Shown one piece after another: positions 1 through 12,600 of a stretch of DNA of 64,000 nt. Source of the DNA: an uncultured Gammaproteobacteria bacterium (GTDB lineage Bacteria > Patescibacteriota > Microgenomatia > Levybacterales > GWA1-39-11). The notes under the pieces are model-generated. The model searched no databases, had not been told where the DNA came from, and saw only the letters and a program-made list of their open reading frames with translations. Location: NCBI GenBank assembly GCA_964504535.1, contig CAZDED010000003.1, positions 6,850 to 70,849 on the forward strand, read 5' to 3'. Made by a program: the position numbers and the translations under genes. Position 1 is the first letter of the stretch; each line of letters opens with the position of its first letter.

Positions 1-3000
1 GCTGGGTTTGTATCAGAAAGAATGATTGGGCTTGCATTTGAGAATGTATTTGTGTTGCTGAACACATTTGCTTGATTAAGGTATGCAACATTTGTAAGTG
101 TTCCTGCTGTGTTAATGTTCAACCCATTGAGTTGGATAGCAGTAATGGCGTTGAGAACGTCTGTCTGGACTGTGCCTGAAGCTGTGATGTTTGTTGCTCC
201 GGTTATTGCACCAGTATTTGTGATACCTCCTGTGTTGTTGTTTATACCTCCTGTAATGTTTGCTCCACCTGCAGTAGCTACAAAACCATTGGCAGCAGTT
301 ATTGTTCCGGTTCCGGTTGTTGTAAGATTGCCACTTGTTGTAAGATTCCCATTTTCGTTTATGGCAAGAGTAGCCGAACCACTTGATTGGATTTGCAAAG
401 CATTCTGAAGTGAGGCATTGGTGTCATTGATGACCAAAGCTGCACTTCCTGTTCCAGCGTTAGTTAAAGTGAACTGACGAGAGTTAAGGTTAGCAAGAGT
501 AAAGTCTATGTTGCCTTCATTGTCTGTTGCAGAAATTGTATTTCCTGACTCATAAGCATCTTGAAGGGTTACTGCATTTACATTTGTATTACAGGTAGAG
601 ATCTGGTCACTTCCATTTCTACAAAGAGCAGTTGTGCCATTAGTTCCAAGTGATGAAAGTTGGGTTAGATTGCTTAATATTATCTGTCCGGATCCATTTG
701 GAGTAAGGGTGAGATTTTCGTTTGTCCCTGTTGTGATATCTGTTGACACTCCATTGAATGTGAGAGTACCGGTTGTAGTAATCGCTCCTGATGCAACTGT
801 TCCAATATTTGTAAGGTTGCCTGATGAGTCGATTCTTGTTGTACCATTTGTTTGTACATTTGTTAATGCATTAACCGTTGCAACGCTCAAAGTTCCAACA
901 GTCCCATTATCAACTACTGTGAGAAGAGTATTTGGTGAACCATTTGAATCTGCAACAGTAAGGGTTCCCGCAGCATTTCCAGCACCTAGTGTAAGAATTG
1001 GATTTGTATTTGATAGAACAAGTGGAGAGGCAGATGAAAATGTATTGGTTGCAGTAAAGGTATTTGCCTGATTTTGGTACGCAACGTTTGAGAGAGTTCC
1101 TGCAGTATTAATGCTTGTTCCATTGAGTTGGATTGCTGTTATTGCATTTAGTATGTCTGTTTGGGTGGTTCCACTTGCAGTGATATTGGTGGCTCCGGTA
1201 ATAGCACCAGTATTTGTAACACCACCGTTATTATTGTTGATCCCTCCTGTTATGGACGCGCCACCGCTCGTAACAGTGAGCGCGCCCGCAACAGTTTGAC
1301 CCGTCGTGAAATTATTATCTTGACCTTTATATGCAACGTTAGAAAGAGTTCCTGTTGTATTTATGTTGGTGCCATTAAATAAGAAGCCGGCAGTCGCATT
1401 AACCGTTCCGGAAAGTGAAAGATTTCCGACGGTGCCTGCATCCGTTAATGTGAAGAGGGTATTTGCGTCACCATCATTAATTGTCAAAGTACTATCGACT
1501 CCGGCAGTACCAAGAATTGCCGTAGGTGCTGCATTAGTGAACGACAATGGCGATGCGCCAGAAAGAGTAACTGTTCCTGAAGCTGTAATATTGGTTGCGC
1601 CGGAAATTGCACCTGCGTTGGTGATGCCTCCTGTATTGTTGTTAATACCACCTGTTATTGATGCGCCACCGCTAGACACTGTCAAAAGACCGCCGATTGT
1701 TTGACCGACAGTGAAGTTATTGTTTTGTCCTTTGTAGGCTACATTTGAAAGAGTTCCTGTCGTGTTAATATTTGTTCCATTGAGTAAGAAACCTGAAACT
1801 GCATCAACTGTTCCTGAGATTGAAAGATTCCCAACCGTACCTGCATCTGTAAGGGTTAGAAGAGTATTTGGTGAACCTTCAGCGTCTTTAATGGTCAAAA
1901 CCCCATTATTTCCAACGGTAGCAAGAGTTATGATTGGTGAATTATCAGCAAATGTAACTGGGCTTGCATTGGAGAAGATATTATTTTGTGAGAATGTATT
2001 TTGTTGGTTTTGATATGCAACATTTGAAAGGGTGCCTGCAGTATTGATGTCTACTCCGTTGAGTTGGATCACTGAGGTTCCGTTAAGAGTTGCTCCTTGG
2101 ATAGTACCACTCGCAGTAATATTTGTGGCACCGGAGATGGCACCTGCATTGGTAATGCCCCCTGTATTATTGTTGATTCCTCCATTGATTGAAGCGCCAC
2201 CTGAACTTACCGTCAAAAGACCATTGATGGTTTGACCAACCGTGAAGTTATTATTTTGATTCTTATATGCAACATTTGAAAGAGTTCCTGCAGTATTTAC
2301 ATCAACACCATTTAATTGAAGAGAAGTGGTTGCGCTTATTGTCGAAACGGAAAGAGATCCACCATTGCCATAATCAGTCAAAGTTAAGAGAGTATTTGGA
2401 GATCCTTCAGCATCTCTAATCGACAAAACTCCATTTGTTCCAGCTGTAGCCAAGGTTATGATTGGCGAAGCATTCGATAGTGTAAGCGGAGAGGCAGAGG
2501 AGAGCGTAACTGTACTTGAAGCAGCAATCGTCGTAGCACCAGAGATAGCGCCAGTATTAGTAATGCCGCCAGTATTGTTGTTTATTCCTCCGGTAATTGA
2601 AGCACCACCGGTACTGACGGTCAAAAGTCCTCCGATTGTTTGACCAACGGTGAAGTTGTTGTTCTGATTCTTGTATGCAACATTTGAAAGAGTGCCTGCT
2701 GTGTTGATGTCTACTCCGTTGAGTTGGAAGGCAGAAACTGCGTTGATGATATCACCCTCTATTGTGCCTGTTGCTGTGATGTTTGTAGCGCCTGAAATTG
2801 CCCCTGCGTTGGTGATACCTCCCAAATTATTGTCAAGTCCTGCTGAAATACTTGCACCATTTACAGCTGTCAAAAGACCTGCAGATGTTATGGTTCCTGT
2901 CCCTGTAGTTGCGATATTTCCACTTGTAGTTATGTCGCCTAACTCATCAACGGTCAAAGTTGATGTGCCGTTTGATTTTACATTGATAGCAATTCCTCCT

Positions 3001-6000
3001 GTTCCGGCAGCAGTGTCGTTGAGGATCAGCGCGTTTGCTGTACCAGCATTGGTTAAGGTAAATGATGTTGGCGAACCAAGTCCACCCGCTAATGTAAATG
3101 CTATATTTCTTCCCGTCGTTGTAGTGATTGTGTTGCCATTGTCATATGCTGTCTGCAATGTTGCGGTTGCGGCATTACAAGAAGCGATTTGATTTGAAGC
3201 ATTCCGGCAGAGAGCTGTTGTTCCATTTGTTCCAAGGGTCGTAACTTGAGTAAGATTGCTAAGAATAATTTGCCCTGTTCCGTTTGGTGTAAGAGTGAGA
3301 TCTTCATTAGTTCCGGTTGTTATGTCGGTTGTAACCCCGTCAAATGTAAGAGTCCCGGTGGTAGTTATTGCTCCTGATGAGATTGTGCCAATATTTACTA
3401 GGTTGCCGGATGCATCGATCCTGTCAGTTCCTGATGTTTGGACTGATGTTGTTGCGTCTAACGTCCCACCCTGAATTGTTCCTGATGCAGTGATGTTAGT
3501 CGCTCCGGAAATTGCACCTGCGCTGGTGATACCTCCAGCGTTGTTATTGATTCCGCCGGTGATACTTGCACCACCTGATGAGACAGTAAGCAATCCTCCA
3601 ATTGTTTGAGCAGTTGAGAAGTTATTGTTTTGTCCTTTATAAGCAACATTTGAAAGAGTTCCTGTTGTATTGATGTTGGTGCCATTGAATTGGAGAGCTG
3701 TCGTTGCATTGATATTAGCAACAGTCAATGTGCCATTTGTTCCATTGTCAGTAAGTGTCAAAAGAGTGTTTGGAGATCCTTCAGCATCTTTTATAGTAAA
3801 TACACCGTTGTTCCCAGCGGTAGCAAGTGTAAGTGTGGGCGTATTGTTAGATAATGTCAGGGGGTTTGCGCTTGATAATGTGACAGTACCTGAAGCATCA
3901 ATAGTAGTTGCACCTGAGATTGCGCCTGCACTTGTTATCCCACCTGTATTATTGTTAATTCCCCCGGTTATTGAAGCGCCACCGGTGGTTACCGTCAACG
4001 CTCCTCCGATTGTTTGACCGACAGTAAAGTTATTATCTTGACCTTTGTAGGCTAGGTTTGAAAGTGTACCGGTTGTATTGATGCTTGTACCATTCAATAA
4101 AAATGCAGTTGTTGCATTGATATTAGCAACAGCAAGAGTTGCTGTTGTGCCATTGTCTGTAAGCGTTAGTAAGGTATTTGGAGAACCATTTGAATCCTTT
4201 ATCGTCAATGTCCCCGCAGCATTACCGGCTCCAAGAGTCACGATAGGATTAGTGTTTGAGAATGTAAGAGGACTTGCGCCTGACAAAGTAACTGTTCCTG
4301 ATGCGTCAATGGTGGTAGCGCCCGCAATTGCACCAGCAGCTGTAATTCCTCCAGTGTTATTAGCAATCCCTCCGGTTATGTTTGCTCCCCCGGCGCTAAT
4401 AGTAAGACCACCGGTTGAGATAGTTTGACCAACGGTAAAGGTGTTTGATTGATTTTGGTAAGCAACGTTTGTGAGAGTTCCTGCTGTATTGATATCGGTA
4501 CCAGCAAGTTGGATGACGCTTGTTGCATTGATTGTTGCACCTTGAATTGTGCCTGAAGCTGTGATGTTAGTAGCACCGGTAATAGCCCCGGTATTTGTTA
4601 TACCTCCCGTGTGATTATTTATTCCGCCCGTTATACTTGCGCCTCCGGCACTAATAGTAAGACCACCGGTTGAGATAGTTTGACCAACGGTAAAGGTGTT
4701 TGATTGATTTTGGTAAGCAACGTTTGTAAGCGTTCCTGCTGTATTGATGTTTGCACCATTTAATTGAAGGGCAGAGAGAGCATTTACAGTTCCGACACTA
4801 AGAGTTGCATCGGTTCCATTGTCGACCAAGGTAAGTAATGTGTTTGGTGAGCCAGCTGAATCTTTCACCGACAGAGTACCGTTGGCATCCCCAGCTCCTA
4901 AAGTTATATCCGGTGCTGAATTTGTAAGTGTTACAGGGGCAGCAGATGAGAGAGTTACTGTCCCTGAAGCACCGATAGTTGTAGCACCAGAGATAGCACC
5001 GGCGTTTGTTATACCACCTGAGTTGTTATTAATACCTCCAGAAATGTTTGCACCACCAGCTGTAACCGTTACACCACCAGTTGTTACGGTCAATAACCCT
5101 CCGATTGTTTGTCCAACTGTAAAGTTGTTGTTTTGTCCTTTGTAAGCAACGTTTGTGAGAGTTCCTGTGGTGTTAATGTCTGTTCCACCCAATGTAAATC
5201 CGGTGCTAGCATTAACCGTTCCAACAGATAAGGTACCGACTGTCCCATTATCGGTAAGTGTCAAAAGTGTATTTGGTGACCCTTCAGCATCAGAAATAGT
5301 CAAAGTCCCATCAGTTCCTGCAGTTGCCAATCGGATGTTAGGGTTTGCATTTGAGAGGGTAAGAGGAGAGACCCCAGTCAATGTCGCAGTACCACTTGCA
5401 GTTAAATTGGTAATACCTGTGATAGATCCAGTATTTATGATTCCTCCGGAATTATTGTTGATTCCACCTTTAAGGTATGCACCACCCGAATTGACAGTAA
5501 GAGCTCCGGCTGATGTGATTGTTCCGGTGCCGGTTGTCGTTATGTTTCCACTTGTTGATACATTTCCGAGCTCAGAAATGGTCAGCTTCGAAACACCTGC
5601 AGACTGAACATCAAGAGCTATTCCACCCGTTCCTGCATTTGTATCATTGATGACAAATGCATTTGCACTTCCTGCATTTGTAAGTGTGAATTGGGTCGTA
5701 AGACCGGTATCTAGCGTGAAGTCGATGTTGCGACCAGTAGTTGTAACAATCGTATTTCCAGCGTCATACGCCTGTTGCAAAGTTACAGCTGTTGCATTGG
5801 CTGCACAAGAGGCAAGCTGATTGCTCGCATTGCGACAAACTGCAGTGTATCCGGTCATTGCAGAAAGGGTGGCGACTTGGACATAGTTGTTGAGAAGTAT
5901 CTCGCCTGTCCCGTTTGGTGCAAGAGTAAGATCCTCGTTTGTTCCTGTGGTAATATCAGTTGCAACTCCATTAAATGTTAGAACTCCGCTTGTTGTGATA

Positions 6001-9000
6001 GCACCGGAGCTGATGGTATTAATATTTGTTAAGTTACCTATAACGTCTAGTCGTGTTACACCGTTTGTTTGGATATCATTTGTTGCATTAAGCGTTGCTC
6101 CTTGGATAGTGCCACTTGCTGTGATGTTGGTAGCACCGGTAATGGCTCCTGTATTTGTTATACCGCCAGCGTTATTGTCTATTCCTCCGGAGATATTTGC
6201 ACCACCGGTTGTTACAGTAAGTAACCCCCCAATGGTCTGACCTACAGTGAAGTTATTATCTTGACCTTTGTAGGCTACATTTGAAAGCGTTCCTGTTGTA
6301 TTGATGTTAGTTCCATTGAGAAGGAAAGCTGTAGTAGCGTTGATGTTAGCAACAGCTAGTGTTGCTATTGTGCCGTTATCTGTAAGCGTTAGTAGGGTAT
6401 TTGGAGCACCATTTGAGTCTTTGATAGTAAGAACTCCAGCTGAGTTTCCAGCACCGATCGTTATTATTGGTGTAGTGTTTGAAAGAGTCAAGGGCGATCC
6501 GCTTGAGAGTGTAACTGTTCCTGATGCAGCAATTGTTGTAGCACCGGCAATTGCTCCTGTATTTGTAATGCCCCCAGCATTGTTTACGATGCCCCCAGTG
6601 ATATCTGCTCCACCGGTTGTGACAGTCAAAAGACCACCAATCGTCTGACCGACAGTGAAATTATTGTTTTGTCCTTTGTAGGCTACATTTGAAAGTGTTC
6701 CTGTTGTATTGATATCGGTTCCATTCAGTTGGAAAACAGACGTTGCATTTATTGTTGCTCCTTGGATAGTACCTGAAGCTGTGATGTTTGTAGCACCGGC
6801 TATAGCACCCGTATTTGTTATACCTCCCGTATTGTTATTGATGCCACCCGTGATATCAGCACCACCTGCCTGGATAGTAAGTCCACCGGTTGTGATGGTC
6901 TGAAGCGCTGTAAAGGTATTTGATTGATTTTGATAAGCAACGTTCGTAAGGGTTCCGGCTGTATTGATATCAACTCCCCCAATCTGCAATGTTGTACCGG
7001 CATTAACCGAACCGGTGACTGATAGATTTCCGGTCGATCCAGTATCGGTAAGTGTCAGAAGAGTATTTGGAGAACCATTAGAATCTTTGATAGTTAGCGT
7101 TCCATTTGCATTTGCAGCACCCAATGTCACAATCGGATTGGTGTTACTAAATGTTAATGGAGATGCAGCTGATAATGTTACTAGACCTGATGCTCCAATT
7201 GTTGTTGCTCCAGAAATAGCACCTGCGTTTGTGATTCCACCCGTGTTGTTGTTGATGCCCCCGGTAATTGAAGCGCCACCGGTTGTCACAGTAAGTAACC
7301 CCCCAATGGTCTGACCAACGGTAAAGTTGTTGTCCTGTCCTTTGTAAGCAACATTGGTAAGGGTACCAGTAGTGTTAATATTTGTCCCTCCAAGTAAGAA
7401 TCCACCTGCTGCATTTATCGTTCCTGTAACAGAAAGATTCCCGACAGTACCGTTGTCTGTGAGCGTTAGTAGAGTATTGGGCGAGCCTTCCGCATCTTTT
7501 ATGGTAAGAACTCCATCAACACCTGCTGTAGCAAGCGAAATATTTGGAGTCCCATTAGTGAGCGCGAGTGGATTTGCTCCGGACAATGTAACAACTCCTG
7601 ATGCATCAATTGTTGTAGCGCCTGAAATTGAAGCCGTATTTATGATGCCACCATTATTATTGTTGATACCACCAACTACGGACAAACCACCTGCAGAAAT
7701 TATCTGTGCAGCCGTAAATGTGTTTGATTGATTTTTGTATGCAACATTAGATAAAGTGCCAGCTGTATTAATGTTTGTTCCATTGAGTTGGATAGCTGTA
7801 ATGGCATTTAAGATATCAGTTTGGGTTGTTCCCGAAGCGGTGATATTCGTTGCTCCCGATATAGCACCAGTGTTTGTGATGCCTCCTGTATTGTTGTTTA
7901 TTCCCCCAGTGATATCAGCCCCACCTGCTTGAATAGCAAGCCCACCGGTTGTAATAGTCTGACCGGCAGTAAAGATGTTTGCTTGGTTGAGGTAAGCAAC
8001 ATTTGAGAGTGTACCGGCTGTATTGATATTGGTTCCGTTTAGCAGATACCCTGTTCCTGCGTTTATGGTTCCTGTCACTGAAAGATTACCGACAGTACCT
8101 GCATCAGTTAGGGTTAGAAGAGTGTTTGGAGAACCTGCAGAATCTTTTATTGTCAAAACACCATTCGCATTCCCAGCTCCTAATGTCACTATAGGATTAG
8201 TATTACTAAATGTTAATGGAGAGGCAGCAGATAAAGTAACAAGTCCTGATGCTCCAATTGTTGTTGCTCCAGAAATAGCACCTGCGTTTGTGATTCCACC
8301 CGTGTTGTTGTTGATGCCACCCGTTATTGAAGCTCCACCGGCACTAACAGTTAGCGCTCCTGCTGAAGTTATAGTTCCGGTACCCGTTGTTGCAATGTTT
8401 CCTGAGGTCGTGATTGTTCCTAGCTCAGAAATCGTAAGAGCAGAGGAGCTTGCCGATTGAATCTCAAATGCGACTCCGGATGAGCCGGTTCGAACATCAT
8501 TGATAACAAATGCGGGTGCGCTTCCTGCATTCATTACGGTAAATGAGGTAGCAGTTCCCGTATCAGTATCCTCATCATACAGAGTGAAATCAATATTTCT
8601 TCCTGATGATGTGAGGATTGTGTTTCCTGCATCGTATGCAAGCTGGAGAGTAACACCATTTGAATTAGGCGCACAAGCAGCTAGGTAATTTCCTGCATTT
8701 CGGCACAAAGCGGTAGATCCGTCCGGCGAAGCAAGAGTTGGGATCTGGACTGTATCGTTGAGATTGATAACTCCGGTTCCATTTGCGACAAGCGTTAGAT
8801 CTTCATTGCTTCCTGTTGTGATGTCGGTTGCGGCTCCGGTAATTGTGACTGTACCTGCGATATTTTGTGCTGCTGTGAAGTTATTGTTTTGCCCTTTATA
8901 AGCAACGTTTGTTAAGGTTCCAGTTGTATTGATACTGGTACCATTTAGCTGGAAGACGGATGTCGCATTGATGGTAGCCCCTTGTATTGTGCCACTTGCC

Positions 9001-12000
9001 GTGATGTTTGTAGCACCAGTTATTGCACCAGTATTTGTGATACCACCATTCTGATTGTTAATACCGCCGGTGATATTTGCACCTCCGGCATTAATCGTAA
9101 GTCCTCCCGTATTTATTGTTTGTCCAATTGCAAATATATTTGCCTGATCAAGGTAGGCGACATTTGAAAGTGTAGTACCAACGTTAATATTTGTTCCATT
9201 CAGTAAAAATCCTGTTGTTGCATTAATATTTGCAACAGCAAGTGTGGCATTCGTACCGTTATCGGTAAGAGTTAGCAGTGTGTTTGGAGAACCTTGAGCA
9301 TCTGTTATTGTCAAAACACCATCAACCCCAATCGTTGCAAGGGTTACAACTGGTGCTGCGTTTGAGAGGGTCAATGGGGATGCACCGGACAATGTGACGA
9401 CTCCTGAAGCATCAATCGTAGTAGCGCCTGAGATAGCGCCGGTGCTTGTAATACCACCAGAATTGTTATTGATGCCACCTGTTATTGAAGCCCCCCCAAT
9501 TGTTACTGTCAAAGCACCACCGATTGTCTGACCAACAGTGAAGTTATTATTCTGACCTTTGTATGCAACATTTGAAAGAGTCCCTGTTGTATTGATATTA
9601 GTTCCATTGAGTAAATAACCACCGACTGCATTTATTGTTCCCGATACTGATAGATTTCCAACAGTTCCTGTATCTGTCAGCGTGAGAAGAGTATTTGGTG
9701 AACCTTCAGCATCTCTAATGGTTAACGTACCGTTGGTGCCCGCGGCCGCAAGAGTGATAGCCGAAGTTGTTGCAGTAAGCGCAAGCGGCGTACTATTTGA
9801 GAGAGTAACAAGTCCAGATGCATCAATTGTAGTAGCGCTACCAACTGAACCGGTATTTGTTATTCCTCCATTATTATTGTTAATTCCACCGGTGACTGAC
9901 AATCCACCCGAGGATATAATTTGCCCTGCAGTAAAGGTGTTTGATTGGTTCTTGTATGCAACATTTGTCAGTATTCCAGCCGTATTAATATCTGTTCCAT
10001 TTAACTGAAGCGCAGTGACAGCATTAATAATATCCCCCTGAACAGTTCCTGATGCTGTGATATTTGTAGCACCGGTTATAGCACCGGTGTTTGTGATGCC
10101 ACCATTATTATTGTTGATGCCACCGGTAATTGAAGCGCCACCTGTTGTTACTGTCAAAGCACCCCCGATTGTTTGGCCAACAGTGAAGTTATTATTTTGT
10201 CCTTTGTATGCAACGTTTGTGAGAGTTCCGGTTGTATTGATATTGGTTCCATTCAGAAGAATTCCTGTTCCGGCATTTATGGAACCTGTCACTGCAAGAT
10301 TTCCTACAGTTCCTGTATCTGTCAATGTCAAAAGAGTATTTGGTGAACCTTCAGCATCATTTATAGTTAAAACTGCATTGGTACCGGCTGTTGCAAGTGT
10401 TATGACCGGCGCACTATCTGAAAGCGTAAGTGGAGAAGCATTTGACAACGTAACAACGCCTGAGGCGTCAATTGTTGTTGCTCCGGCAATTGCCCCCGTG
10501 CTTGTGATGCCACCCGTGTTGTTGTTGATGCCACCGGTTACATCAAGACCTCCTGCGCTGATAGCAAGACCACCGGTTGTAATCGTTTGTCCTGCAGTAA
10601 AGGTATTTGATTGGTTCTTGTATGCAACGTTTGTGAGGGTATTTGCTGTATTTATATTTGCCCCGTTCAGTTGAAGAGCGCTGGTAGCGTTGATCGTTCC
10701 GACCGTAAGAGTTGCAACAGTTCCATTATCAACCAATGTCAGCAATGTGTTTGGTGTTCCATTTGAGTCTTTGATAGTAAGTGTTCCGGCTGCATTACCT
10801 GCCCCCAATGTAATAATTGGTGTTGTATTTGACAACGTCAGAGGTGAAGCACCGGAGAGAGTCACAACTCCTGAAGCTGCTATGGTTGTTGCCCCGGCAA
10901 TTGCCCCCGTGTTTGTGATGCCTCCTGTGTTGTTGTTGATGCCACCCGTTATTGAAGCACCACCCGCAACGACTGTTATACCTCCGGAGTTGATTGTCTG
11001 ACCCAACGTAAACGTGTTAGCTGTATCAAGATATGCAACATTTGTTAACGTGCCACCGGTATTAATGTTAACTCCGTTAAGTTGAATTGCAGTTATTGCA
11101 TTGAGGATATCTGTCTGCGTTGTCCCACTTGCGGTGATATTTGTAGCTCCGGTTATAGCACCGGTGTTTGTGATGCCACCATTATTATTGTTGATGCCAC
11201 CGGTAATTGAAGCGCCACCTGTTGTTACTGTCAAAGCACCCCCGATTGTTTGGCCAACAGTGAAGTTATTATTTTGTCCTTTGTATGCAACGTTTGTGAG
11301 AGTTCCGGTTGTATTGATATTGGTTCCGTTAAGTTGGAGCCCTAAAACAGCATTGATAGTGCCTGTAATCGCAAGGTTTCCAACAGTGCCATTATCGGTG
11401 AGCGTAAGAAGTGTATTTGGTGAACCTTCCGCATCCCTGATCCTCAACACTCCATTATTTCCTGCGGTTGCAAGCGTAATATCTGGAGCGCTGTTAGATA
11501 GAGTGAGTGGGGCAGCCGAGGAGAAGGTATTTGTATTGCTAAATACATTCGCCCGGTCAAGGTAGGCGACATTTGATAAGGTACCTCCCACATTGATACT
11601 GGTACCATTCAGCTGAAATTCAGTTATGGCATTTATCGTATCACTAGTAGTAGTTCCAGAAGCAGTTATGTTAGTAGCACCAGTTATTGCACCAGTATTT
11701 GTGATGCCGCCATTATTATTGTTGATGCCGCCGGTAATTGAAGCACCGCCGGCACTGACAGTAAGGGCTCCGGCAGAGGTTATAGTGCCGGTTCCGGTGG
11801 TTGCGATATTGCCAGAAGTCGAGATGGTCCCAAGCTCAGTGATGGTCAAAGCAGAGGAACTAGCAGACTGGATTTCAAATGCAATTCCGCCTGAACCGAC
11901 ATTCGTATCATTGATGACAAAAGCATTTGCACTTCCTGCATTTGAAAGTCTAAATTGAGTCGTAAGACCACTATCAAGTGTAAAGTCGATATTCTTACCG

Positions 12001-12600
12001 GCAGTGGTAAGGATTGTGTTTCCGCCGTTATATGCTGACTGTAAAGTAACCCCAAATGCTGTAGGGTCACATTGGGAAAGCTCATTTGTCACATTTTGAC
12101 AAAGGACTGTAAATCCTTGGACACCTGCAAGAACGGGAATTCTCACGGTATCATTTAGGACAATTTGTCCACTTCCATTTGCAAGAAGGGTGAGGTCCTG
12201 GTTTGATACTGTTGTAATATCTGTTGATACACCGCTAAACGTTAACGTTCCTGTTGTTGTGATAGCGCCTGATGCTACCGTTCCGATGTTAACAAGATTC
12301 CCTGATGAATCAACTCTTTGGGTGCCGTTGGTTTGGATTGATGATACTGCATTGAGAATATCTCCTTGAATTGTTCCTGAAGCCGTAATACTTGTTGCAC
12401 CAGTTATCGCACCAGTGTTTGTAATGCCTCCCGTATTATTGTTTATTCCTCCATTTATTGAAGCTCCACCGGCGGTCACAAATAGTCCGTTTGCAGATGT
12501 TATGGTTCCTGATCCTATTGTTTGGATGCTATTTGATGAAGAGATATATCCACTGGTAGAAGCGTTACCACTTTCATCAATGGTGAGTCTTCTGTTTCCT
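1..12600 (-). repeat. Intragenic modular tandem repeat zone of the giant protein (units of about 250-280 nt and about 390-430 nt)
   Basis: The motif NGTxINTxGTLxNVAYK/L recurs roughly 27 times by my count, combined with the modules GGAxITGGINNNxGGITxxGAIxGAT and LTIKDxxGSPNTLLTLTDxG. Confidence 0.9.

Noticed and set aside
10057-11327. Near-identical repeat pair as DGR template/variable repeat
   Set aside because: Only one mismatch, both copies inside the same ORF, and no reverse transcriptase in the window.
1-12600. Repeats as a possible CRISPR array
   Set aside because: Units are long, codon-degenerate, in-frame protein repeats with no constant repeat/unique spacer pattern and no cas genes.
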